The notes below the pieces were generated by a model. That model was not told the origin of the DNA. It searched no databases and saw only the letters and a list, made by a program, of their open reading frames with translations. The position numbers and the translations under genes are program-made. Of a stretch of DNA of 15,422 nucleotides, positions 7,435 through 14,884 are shown in pieces. This stretch comes from Candidatus Methylomirabilis sp. GTDB lineage: Bacteria > Methylomirabilota > Methylomirabilia > Methylomirabilales > Methylomirabilaceae. How positions within the stretch are numbered: position 1 is the stretch's first letter; every line of letters begins with the position of its first letter. The stretch lies in contig JBGQJI010000053.1 in assembly GCA_041498975.1 (NCBI GenBank), positions 1-15,422 on the forward strand. The letters run 5' to 3'.

Positions 7435-7463
7435 GTAGGCGCGACCGGGCCGGCCGCCCCTAC
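7435..7463. repeat. GTAG-family REP-like palindrome
   Basis: GTAGGCGCGACCGG-G-CCGGCCGCCCCTAC: an imperfect palindrome with GTAG/CTAC ends, between two divergent promoters. Confidence 0.6.
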
Positions 7464-7466
7464 AAG

Positions 7467-7495
7467 TTGCCTCGGAGCGGTGATCCCTCTATAAT
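7467..7495 (+). promoter_or_regulatory. Sigma70 promoter of hpnD
   Basis: TTGCCT(7467-7472)-17 nt-TATAAT(7490-7495). Confidence 0.7.
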
Positions 7496-7502
7496 ACCGG
7501 TC

Positions 7503-8360
7503 ATGAACCGGTCAGATGACCTTCGAACCGTCAGCCGCAAGGTCACGAAAGGGAGCGGCTCGAACTTCTACTATGCCTTCCTCTTCCTCCCCAAGCCGAA
7601 ACGCGAGGCGATCTACGCCGTCTATGCCTTCTGCCGATTGAGTGACGACTTGGTGGACGAGGCGAAGGCCGGAGGAGATCCCGCCGAGGCGCTTTCTCGA
7701 TGGCGGAAGCAACTCGATACCTACTTCCAGGAGAACATTGGCCCCCCCGTCATCGCCGCAGTGGGCCAGGCGGCGCGCCGGTTCGACATCCCGAAGGTCT
7801 ACTTTGAGGAACTGCTCAACGGCATGGAAATGGATCTTGCCCGCGCCAGATATGCGACATTTGGGGAGCTGTACCCATACTGTTACCGGGTGGCATCGGT
7901 GGTGGGCCTCATTTGCATCGAGATCTTCGGATATACGAACCCGAAGACGAAGACGTACGCCGAGCAACTGGGCATCGCCTTTCAGCTCACCAACATCCTT
8001 CGGGATCTCGCGGTCGATGCAAAGCGGGGACGGATCTATCTCCCACAAGATGAACTCAGGAAGTTCGGGTACTCTGAAGAGGAGCTGCTTGCCGGCAGGT
8101 ACAACGACGCCTTCGTGGAGCTGATGCGGTTTCAGTGTGAGCGAGCTCGGGATTATTTTCGGGCGGCCTCGGCGGCGTTGCCGCCGGATGATAAGCGCTC
8201 GCTTCTGGCCGCAGAGATCATGCGGGCCATCTACTACCGCCTCTTGCTCAAGATCGAGCAACGACAATACAATGTCTTTCGGGGCGGTATCGCGCTCGGA
8301 AAGTCCCGGAAGCTCTTCCTGGCCAGCGGCCTCTGGCTACGGTCGGCGCTGACCTCATAG
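7503..8360 (+). CDS. hpnD: Presqualene diphosphate synthase (squalene/phytoene synthase family)
   Basis: SGSNFYYAFLFLP, YAFCRLSDDLVD, GMEMDL, YCYRVASVVG, QLTNILRD, GRIYLP. True start is ATG 7503; the 520-aa ORF-track version extends over hpnK. Confidence 0.88.
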   Translation: MNRSDDLRTVSRKVTKGSGSNFYYAFLFLPKPKREAIYAVYAFCRLSDDLVDEAKAGGDPAEALSRWRKQLDTYFQENIGPPVIAAVGQAARRFDIPKVYFEELLNGMEMDLARARYATFGELYPYCYRVASVVGLICIEIFGYTNPKTKTYAEQLGIAFQLTNILRDLAVDAKRGRIYLPQDELRKFGYSEEELLAGRYNDAFVELMRFQCERARDYFRAASAALPPDDKRSLLAAEIMRAIYYRLLLKIEQRQYNVFRGGIALGKSRKLFLASGLWLRSALTS

Positions 8361-8424
8361 CAATGACCCGGCCGCGCACAGGAGGACACACACACCGACC
8401 CTCACACCTAAAGGAGGATTGCCT

Positions 8425-8889
8425 GTGGCTGAGCTGATCCATGTCTCCAAGTCCAAGATCATCAAGGACAAGGGCCCGGTCCGCCGGGCCTATATCGAGG
8501 CATTTCCTGAACCCGTGCGGTACGGGGTGCACGGCGGGATCAAGAAGTTCTACGGAGTGGAGCCGGAGGAAGAGCTGCCCACTACCCTCGACCACATCAT
8601 CGCAGCGGTGGCCGGGTGAATGACCGGCACGCTAGCCGGGGCGCTAGCGGCACGCAAGATTCCGACACAGCCCGACCGATTGTCATCGGAGGTCGAGGGA
8701 ATCATCGAAAACATTGACGGCAAGCCGCTAATCACGAAGATCAAGGTGCACTACACGGTGAAGGTCCCCAAGGGGAAACGCGAGGAGGCCCTGCGCGCCA
8801 TCGAGGTCCACGAGAAGGGCTGCCCCGCCTCCCAGTCAGTGCAGCGCGGCATCGCCATCGAATGGGATGGCGAGGTGAAGGAGGAGTAG
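8425..8889 (+). CDS. OsmC-family peroxiredoxin-like protein, probable selenoprotein (154 aa, UGA at codon 65)
   Basis: AAGGAGG SD and GTG 8425. The two ORF-track fragments are in frame across TGA 8617-8619 (LDHIIAAVAG-U-MTGTL), the position of the first OsmC catalytic Cys. Second Cys in EKGCPAS. SECIS-like hairpin follows. Confidence 0.88.
8627..8651 (+). promoter_or_regulatory. Bacterial SECIS-like hairpin of the OsmC gene
   Basis: CGCTAGC(8630-8636)-CGGGGC loop-GCTAGCG(8643-8649). The loop starts 18 nt after the UGA with G at loop position 2. Confidence 0.75.
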
Positions 8890-8913
8890 CCCGGATCGTT
8901 CATCAACGCACGT

Positions 8914-8951
8914 AACACCCTCTCCGCCGCCCTCTCCTCCAAGGGAGAGGG
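8914..8951 (+). repeat. CCCTCTCC/GGAGAGGG-type intergenic palindromic repeat, copy 2
   Basis: aacaccctctccgccgccctctcctccaagggagaggg contains a CCCTCTCC/GGAGAGGG hairpin and lies between convergent genes; 29/38 identical to the reverse complement of 1370-1407. Confidence 0.65.
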
Positions 8952-8973
8952 TCCAGCGGTACAAACCGGGCAC

Positions 8974-9570
8974 CTAGCCACCGCTGCGGTGATGGTCGAT
9001 CCCGATATGGGTCTTGATGAACGTGACGATGCGCGTCTCGTCGAACTCGTCAAATTTGTCGATCCTGCCCCATGCCGTCAGCGCGATTTTCCGATCCAGC
9101 CCAGGGTATGGCGCAAGAACGACCCGATCGTATCGCCCGGCGACCGCCTTCAAGCGCTCGACAAGCTCCGGGCAGTCCCGACAGGAATAGTTGATGACAA
9201 CCCCGCCGTCTTCGAGATTGTGAAGCTGCATCTCCTTGGGGATCGGATCACTGTGAACACCCCATACGGCCAGTTCATCTGTGTGGGGCCCCGAGGTGGG
9301 TGGATCGGTGTTATACGGTGGATGAGCGGTGCCGAGAGGGATATGCGGACTTTGAAGGATCGGGGCACCGGTCCAGGCAACCTTCTCGGTGATCTTCCCA
9401 TACGCCCAGTAGGCAGAGACCAGCAGCGCTGCTGATAGGGTTGCGTAAAGGCCGATCTTCAAGGCCACGTTCCGCTGTTGCGCCCGCCTCTTCTCGAACG
9501 CTCGCTGTTCTTTCACCTCCTGCTTGCGCTGTTTCCTCACCTCGTGTTTGGTGGTCTGCCTGTTCGCCAT
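8974..9570 (-). CDS. DUF3105 family membrane-anchored protein
   Basis: Basic N-terminus, single TM helix, YNTDPPTSGPH, LHNLEDGGVVINY, IALTAWG. GAGGGAG SD. Confidence 0.85.
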   Translation of the reverse strand: MANRQTTKHEVRKQRKQEVKEQRAFEKRRAQQRNVALKIGLYATLSAALLVSAYWAYGKITEKVAWTGAPILQSPHIPLGTAHPPYNTDPPTSGPHTDELAVWGVHSDPIPKEMQLHNLEDGGVVINYSCRDCPELVERLKAVAGRYDRVVLAPYPGLDRKIALTAWGRIDKFDEFDETRIVTFIKTHIGIDHHRSGG

Positions 9571-9623
9571 CGTCTCCCTCTGAAGCGATTCGCCTCGCGA
9601 GTCCTCCCAGCCGTTAGAGCAAG

Positions 9624-9652
9624 AAGATACCCTGTTTCTCAGGTGATTTCAA
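9624..9652 (-). promoter_or_regulatory. Putative sigma70 promoter of the DUF3105 gene
   Basis: TTGAAA(9652-9647)-17 nt-TATCTT(9629-9624). Confidence 0.5.
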
Positions 9653-9919
9653 CGGTGAATTGGGCTGCAGGAAGGGCCTCACCTTCGAACGCAACCATTC
9701 GAGACGACCACTGCAACGAAACTCCAACCAAGGGCTTCGCAACAAGAATGGCGAGCCTCATCACCTGTATTCCAGAAACCGTGAATGAGGAAACTGCGGC
9801 TGGCGATGGAAACGCCTATCGAGGAGACTCAGGGAGGTTGCTGGCGCAGAACACAGGGGAGAGTGCAACCCTTCTCGGGTTGAGACGTCACCTGACAATG
9901 GAGAACGCGTTCACACCCG

Positions 9920-10834
9920 CTACGCGGTTCTTCGAACCGGCCGCGAGCCGCGCGCTTTGGCTGCCTTTCTTTGACGCCTGCGTGGCTCCTTCTCCGCAGC
10001 CGGCGCCGATGCTCCGCGGGCTGGTATCAGGCCAAGGACCTCGCTCGCTGCCTCCTCGATCGATTTGCTGGTCATGTCGATGACGGGCCAGCCCGCCCTG
10101 CGGAAGAGGGACCGGCTGTAGCGGAGCTCGGAGCGCACCTCTTCCAGATCCGCATAGGCGTGACTGGAGGGGGCGCCCTGGTGCTCGAGCCTGGCGCGGC
10201 GCAGCTCCACTAACCGTTCCGCGTCCTGGATGAGCCCGACGATCCGACTTTGATCGATCTTCATCAATTGGCCAGGGAGAGGGAGATTCAGGATGACCGG
10301 CACATTCGCCACCCGCCACCCTTTCCCCGCAAGATAGATGCTGAGCGGCGTCTTTGAGGTCCGCGAAACCCCCGCCAGGACGATGTCCGCCAGGTCCAGG
10401 CCGAAGGGGTCCTGGCCGTCATCGTGTTTGACGCTGTATTCGATCACTTCGATCCGATGCAGGTACTCGGCGCTCAGTTGCCGGAACAGGCCTGGCTGGA
10501 CGAGCGGCGGAATGCGAAGCAGGTCGGTGAGGCGTAGCAGGAGCGGACCGAGCAGGTCGATGGTTGCCACGTCCATCCTCCTCCCCTCGTGCAATGCCGC
10601 CTGGCGGAGTTCCTCGGAGACCAGGGTATGGACGACGATCCCTCCGCTCGCCTTCGCCGTCTCGATCGCACGTCGAACCTCATCGACCGTCCGGACATTG
10701 GGGAGGCGTCGGATCTCGACCTCGACTGTCTGAAACTGGGCCAGCGCCGCTCGCACAACCAGTTCCGCAGTGGCGCCGGTGGCGTCAGAAACTGCGAGGA
10801 TCTGATGACGAGTGGCCTCGGACGGCGGGTTCAT
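9920..10834 (-). CDS. Pyruvate phosphate dikinase / PEP synthetase regulatory protein (kinase-pyrophosphorylase, DUF299)
   Basis: VSDATGATAE, HTLV, RIEVIEYSVKHDDG, P-loop GVSRTSKTPLSIYLA, VANVP, KSIEEAA. Start at ATG 10834. Confidence 0.93.
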   Translation of the reverse strand: MNPPSEATRHQILAVSDATGATAELVVRAALAQFQTVEVEIRRLPNVRTVDEVRRAIETAKASGGIVVHTLVSEELRQAALHEGRRMDVATIDLLGPLLLRLTDLLRIPPLVQPGLFRQLSAEYLHRIEVIEYSVKHDDGQDPFGLDLADIVLAGVSRTSKTPLSIYLAGKGWRVANVPVILNLPLPGQLMKIDQSRIVGLIQDAERLVELRRARLEHQGAPSSHAYADLEEVRSELRYSRSLFRRAGWPVIDMTSKSIEEAASEVLGLIPARGASAPAAEKEPRRRQRKAAKARGSRPVRRTA

Positions 10835-10850
10835 GGCGCCTGTCCTCTTT

Positions 10851-11429
10851 TCACTGCGATGGCCTCCACCCGGCCCCCCTGGCCAGCAAGAGGATCTTCG
10901 CCGACGCCTCAAGGGTCGTGGTGAACTTCAGAGCCTCCTCGAGGCTTCCACCGGCCGCGAAACTCCCATGCCCTTTGACGAGGACAGCGCGGTGTGCTTG
11001 GAGGAGCGACGAGGCCCGGTCGGCGACTTCGGCGGAGGCCACGACGTTCTTCGCGGCAATCACCGGAACCCTCCCAAGGATGTAGCCTCCCTCGGAATCG
11101 GCCGGGACGATCGCCTCGTCGAGCAGCGACAGCGCGACCGCCGACGGCGGGTGAGCATGGAGGATCGCTTGCGCGGAGGTCGCACGGTAGATCGCCAGGT
11201 GAACCGGCAGCTCCATCGACGCTTTCGCGTGCGGGGGTTCACGTCGCGAGAGCGAGGTTTCAACAACGTCCTCTGCTTCGAGATGGCCCAGCATCGAGCC
11301 GGTCCTGGTGATCCAGACCCGCTCGCCCGTCCGGAGGCTGATGTTGCCGGCGTGCGACGTGATCAGGCCCAGATGATACAAATCCCGCCCCACCCACTGA
11401 AACGCCTCGAAGATCCTCGATCGCTCCAT
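10851..11429 (-). CDS. Class II aldolase/adducin family protein (fuculose-1-phosphate aldolase-like)
   Basis: HAGNISLR, ASMELPVH, HAH and KGHG zinc ligands. Start uncertain (11429, 11447 or 11453). Confidence 0.9.
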   Translation of the reverse strand: MERSRIFEAFQWVGRDLYHLGLITSHAGNISLRTGERVWITRTGSMLGHLEAEDVVETSLSRREPPHAKASMELPVHLAIYRATSAQAILHAHPPSAVALSLLDEAIVPADSEGGYILGRVPVIAAKNVVASAEVADRASSLLQAHRAVLVKGHGSFAAGGSLEEALKFTTTLEASAKILLLARGAGWRPSQ

Positions 11430-11433
11430 CAGG

Positions 11434-12300
11434 TCATCTCGCCGCATCGGCAAGGCGCGCGATAATCGGGGGTATCAGCGACGAGGCCAGGTCTGCTCTC
11501 GAGCCGCCTCCAAGGACGACCAGGAGGCGACCGCCGCAGACCTGACCCGACAGTGCAAGAGTCAGGCCGACGAGCCCGTTGTAGCACGCGGCGGTGAGGC
11601 CGAGGTCGCCGTAGTCGCCCCGATGTCCGTCGAATCCAAAATACCAGACGAGCAGGTCCGGGCAGAAGGTCCCGGCCCGTGCGGCGAGCGCCGCCTCCGC
11701 AGCCTCAAGGTACACCTCGTCACTTCTGGCCCCGGCTTCCAAGCAGCGGCGATAGACCGCCACGTCCACTTTTGTCCCATCGGCAGACGCATAATCGCTC
11801 CCGCACAGACAGACGTGTAAGACCGCCGGGTCGTCGCGGTAAATGTCCCGGGTTCCGTCGCCATGGTGCGCGTCGGTGTCCAATATGGCCACCCGCCGCA
11901 CCCCGTGCATTTCCCTGAGTCGCTCTATGGCGATCGCGACGTCGTTGAAGCAGCAGTAGCCGCCAAAAAAATCCCGCCCGGCATGGTGTCCCCCGGCGCC
12001 GATGAAAGCAAAGGCGTTGATCAGTTCCCCGAGCCAGATTCGCTCGGCCGCCGCAACCACCCCTCCGACCGAGTGGCGCGCGGTCGATCAGAGGGGGTCC
12101 TTTGCGACCTCGCGGATCAGGTCGGCGGTGTGAACCTTCAGGAGAAGCTCATCGGAAACCGGCTGGGCCTCGAACAGGACAACCTGGGGGAGAGCGAGGA
12201 GGTCTCCCAGGGCGTCGGGAAATGCGGCCAGGCGCCTTCCCACCGTCAGGTAGCTCCGCCGGGAGAAGCTCGGGTGATAGAAGATCCCGGTCCGCGGCAT
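11434..12300 (-). CDS. Histone deacetylase (HDAC/AcuC/APAH) family protein with in-frame UGA at codon 71; probable selenoprotein (288 aa)
   Basis: ORFs 12088-12324 and 11434-12060 are in one frame separated only by TGA 12090-12088 (…EVAKDPL-U-STARHSVGGVV…). Upstream part has TGIFYHPSF and LLKVHT; downstream part has GGHHAG, GYCCFND, DTDAHHGDGT and FGFDGH. SECIS-like hairpin follows the TGA. Confidence 0.82.
12051..12083 (-). promoter_or_regulatory. Bacterial SECIS-like hairpin of the HDAC-family gene
   Basis: After the UGA: CCGCG-C-GCCACTC-[GGTCGGAG]-GGGTGGT-TGCGG. A 12-bp stem with one bulge and an apical loop beginning GG at +18. Confidence 0.6.
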
Positions 12301-12313
12301 CAGGTTGGGTCGC

Positions 12314-12763
12314 TCAGAGCTCAAGGAGCACCGCCACCTCGTCGCAATGGTAAAACTTGCTGCACTTCAGACAATCTTTCCAGATCTTTTCCGGCAGCTC
12401 GATCTTGTTGACGACCCGGAAGCCCAGACGTTCGAAAAACGCCGTCTTGTACGTCAACGCGAAGACCCGCTTGATCAGGAGGTTCTTCGCCTCCGCGACA
12501 CAGGCCTCGGTCACCGCCCAGCCGATGCCTCTTCCCTCGAACTCCGCCTCGACGGCAAGGGATCGGATCTCCGCCAGGTCCGCCCCGTAGATGAAGAGTG
12601 AACAGGCCCCGGCGACCTGTCCTTCATGCTCAAAGATGTAAAAATCCCTGACCCGCTCGTATAACTCCTGGAGCGTCCGCGGCAAAAGGTCGCCCTTCTG
12701 CGCGTAGAAATTCACCAGCCGCTGAATGGCCGGGACATCGATCGTCCTCGCCTTCCTGACCAC
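12314..12763 (-). CDS. GNAT N-acetyltransferase, short ArgA-like (amino-acid acetyltransferase) type
   Basis: LLPRTLQELYERVRDF, LAEIRSLAV, GRGIG, VFALTY..FF.RLGF, LPEKIWKDCLKC...CDE. Confidence 0.88.
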   Translation of the reverse strand: MVRKARTIDVPAIQRLVNFYAQKGDLLPRTLQELYERVRDFYIFEHEGQVAGACSLFIYGADLAEIRSLAVEAEFEGRGIGWAVTEACVAEAKNLLIKRVFALTYKTAFFERLGFRVVNKIELPEKIWKDCLKCSKFYHCDEVAVLLEL

Positions 12764-12771
12764 GCTCCGCC

Positions 12772-13860
12772 TCAGGCACAGGCCGCCGCCGTTCCCGCCT
12801 TCGACGACGCGGCGAACCCGGCGCCATCGATGGTGACCCGGCCGGGCTGGCCCATCCCACCTTCAAGCGATATCGACAAAGGAAGGAATTGCTGAATCGT
12901 CCAGAGGTTCGTAAGAAGATGCTGGCTCACCCGGGCTGTGGTCAGGACCGAGCGGCCCGGTGCCAACGCCATGAGGATCGCCAGTTGATCGGCCAAGTGG
13001 GAGTCGGTGGCAGCGTCGCCGGCGAGGAACTGAAGCAGCGCGTCCGTCGCCTCATCGGCGACACGTTCGGCGGGCTTGCCACGCTCCCCAAGTGCGCCGA
13101 AGCCTGCGCGGGACCGCTCGAACTCCGCCCACAGGAACAGGGCATCCCCCGGGCAGGCCGCATCGAGCTCCTGGATCTCGATCTCGACCGCCGGGTACCC
13201 GGCCTCTGCAAGACGGCGTCGAACGTGGGCTGCCTGCCGCTCGGCAATCCGTCTCGGCAATCTGGCGATCGCCGAAAGGCCGCGGATGGCCAGCATCTTG
13301 CCGCGATCCGACAGATCGAGCGCCGCGAGCCGCATGGATGGCTGAACAGCGGCTCGGACCTCGCCACCCCCCCTTGGATAGAAACCGGCCCGCTGCACCT
13401 GCCAGGAGGCGAGGACTCCCATTCTGGCAGTGATGGGGAGGAAGACCTCAGACACATAGGGGGCCGACGGACTCCATCGGACGTGGGTCCCGCCCGTCAT
13501 CGTAAGAGAGGACGGCGTTGTCGCGCATGCAAGCGGAGCAAGGATGGTCTGGAAGACCAGGGACAGGGCCCCGGCCGTCCCGACGTCAAATCGACGCGAT
13601 CCTCCAGTGATCGGTCCAGGGCGGAAACGCAGGTGCGGGGAGCCTCGCTCCGCCCCTTGCACCTCCGCGCCGGCGATCTCGGCCAGTGCCCGGACGCAGG
13701 CCAAGTGTTGCGGCTGAAGCCCCGGGTTCTTCCGGCCGCCTCGGATCTTGACGAGCTCGACCGGCCTCCCAAGGATCGCCGAGAATGCGAGGGCTGTCCT
13801 GAGGATCTGCCCGCCGCCCTCCCCATATGAGCCATCGATCGTCAGCACCTCGCCCCTCAT
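12772..13860 (-). CDS. rtcA: RNA 3'-terminal phosphate cyclase
   Basis: IDGSYGEGGGQILR, RKNPGLQPQH, GGTHV, GFYPRGGG, AERVA, and DSHLADQL carrying the adenylated His. Start at 13860 or 13869. Confidence 0.95.
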   Translation of the reverse strand: MRGEVLTIDGSYGEGGGQILRTALAFSAILGRPVELVKIRGGRKNPGLQPQHLACVRALAEIAGAEVQGAERGSPHLRFRPGPITGGSRRFDVGTAGALSLVFQTILAPLACATTPSSLTMTGGTHVRWSPSAPYVSEVFLPITARMGVLASWQVQRAGFYPRGGGEVRAAVQPSMRLAALDLSDRGKMLAIRGLSAIARLPRRIAERQAAHVRRRLAEAGYPAVEIEIQELDAACPGDALFLWAEFERSRAGFGALGERGKPAERVADEATDALLQFLAGDAATDSHLADQLAILMALAPGRSVLTTARVSQHLLTNLWTIQQFLPLSISLEGGMGQPGRVTIDGAGFAASSKAGTAAACA

Positions 13861-13890
13861 GCTTCGCACCCCGCACTTCGCACCTGGTCC

Positions 13891-14283
13891 CTACGACTTC
13901 TGCTTCCGCGCGACCCGCTCCGAAAACTTTCCCAGATTGACCACATACCGCTCGTTCTGTCCCTCGGCGATCTTCTCTTTCTCATCGTGGGCCTCGAGGT
14001 CGAACAGCAGGCGTCGCCCGTCCACCTCCCTCAGCGTCGCCTTGACCCTCACCGTCATCCCGACCGGGGTGGCGGCAAGATGCTTCAGTGTGACCATGCT
14101 CCCGACGGTGCCCTGCCCCGTCTCCAGGTTCGCGGCCGCCATCATCCGGGCGGCTTCCTCGAACCAGGCGAAGATAATCGGCGTGGCCAGCACGTGGAAC
14201 CCTTCGTTTCCCATCCGATGCGCGGTCACCTCGTCACTTACCAGATGTTCGAGTTCGAAGGTCATCCCGGCCTGCAGGCCCAC
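13891..14283 (-). CDS. Hotdog-fold thioesterase, fluoroacetyl-CoA thioesterase (FlK)-like, copy 1
   Basis: VLATP...WFEEAA, GTVG, KHLAATPVG, DGRRLLF (Thr/Glu/His triad). Start set at GTG 14283 behind GAGGGGAG. Confidence 0.88.
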   Translation of the reverse strand: MGLQAGMTFELEHLVSDEVTAHRMGNEGFHVLATPIIFAWFEEAARMMAAANLETGQGTVGSMVTLKHLAATPVGMTVRVKATLREVDGRRLLFDLEAHDEKEKIAEGQNERYVVNLGKFSERVARKQKS

Positions 14284-14357
14284 CCTCTGTCTCCCCTCAC
14301 AGGAACGCAAGTTGATAAGAAGACCGGCGTGCACTGTGGTCCCTTGCTTCGAAGCGT

Positions 14358-14386
14358 ATTATTTGCCCCCTGGCAAAGGCTGTCAA
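14358..14386 (-). promoter_or_regulatory. Putative sigma70 promoter of the thioesterase 1-rtcA operon
   Basis: TTGACA(14386-14381)-17 nt-AATAAT(14363-14358). A TTTGCC/GGCAAA inverted repeat spans the spacer and the edge of the -10. Confidence 0.55.
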
Positions 14387-14420
14387 GCGAACTCTTCGGC
14401 GGGAACAGCAAGAAGGAGGG

Positions 14421-14825
14421 TTAGCGAGAGGCCGTGCCTCCGCGCTTCTTTCCAACCTTTTCGTGAAAGCGCGCCAGGTCAACGATGAATCGCTCGTGAT
14501 GGCACTCCCCGATCTTCTCCACTTCATCGAACGCTTCGATCCAGAAGACCAGGCGTCGCCCGTCAATCTGTTTCAGATGGGCTACCACCCGTACTGTGAG
14601 CCCGATGGGGGTGGCTGCCAGGTGCTTCATGTTCACGACACTACCGACCGTTCCCTGCCCTTCGGGCAGGTATTGCTGCGCACCCGCCGTCGCCACCTCC
14701 TCCATCCACTCGACCACGATCGGGGTGGTGAGAACATGGACGATCGGATTACCATGCCGGTCGGATGACTCGGCCTCGGTCACCCGCCGTTCCATCTCAA
14801 ACGTCAGTCCCTCCCGAAGGCTCAT
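14421..14825 (-). CDS. Hotdog-fold thioesterase, FlK-like, copy 2
   Basis: VLTTP...WMEEVA, GTVG, KHLAATPIG, DGRRLVF, HERF. Start at ATG 14825 behind GGAGGAG. Confidence 0.88.
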   Translation of the reverse strand: MSLREGLTFEMERRVTEAESSDRHGNPIVHVLTTPIVVEWMEEVATAGAQQYLPEGQGTVGSVVNMKHLAATPIGLTVRVVAHLKQIDGRRLVFWIEAFDEVEKIGECHHERFIVDLARFHEKVGKKRGGTASR

Positions 14826-14884
14826 CTGCTCCTCCCATCTCATGCGTCTCGCTCGTTGCAGCTTCCGGAACGCGATCTCCGCGC

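Noticed and set aside
6798..7502. 235-aa N-terminal extension of HpnD in the 520-aa ORF
   Set aside because: It overlaps hpnK antisense plus promoters and a REP element, is low-complexity, and family homology starts at ATG 7503.
8361..8424. Extra AGGAGG and (CA)n run between hpnD and OsmC
   Set aside because: No start codon at SD distance, and the dinucleotide run is too short to suggest phase variation.
8620..8889. Treating the two OsmC halves (and the two HDAC halves) as separate genes or pseudogenes
   Set aside because: The halves are in frame with one TGA, a SECIS-like hairpin and no other decay, and the OsmC internal ATG has no good SD. A pseudogene remains a residual possibility for the HDAC gene.
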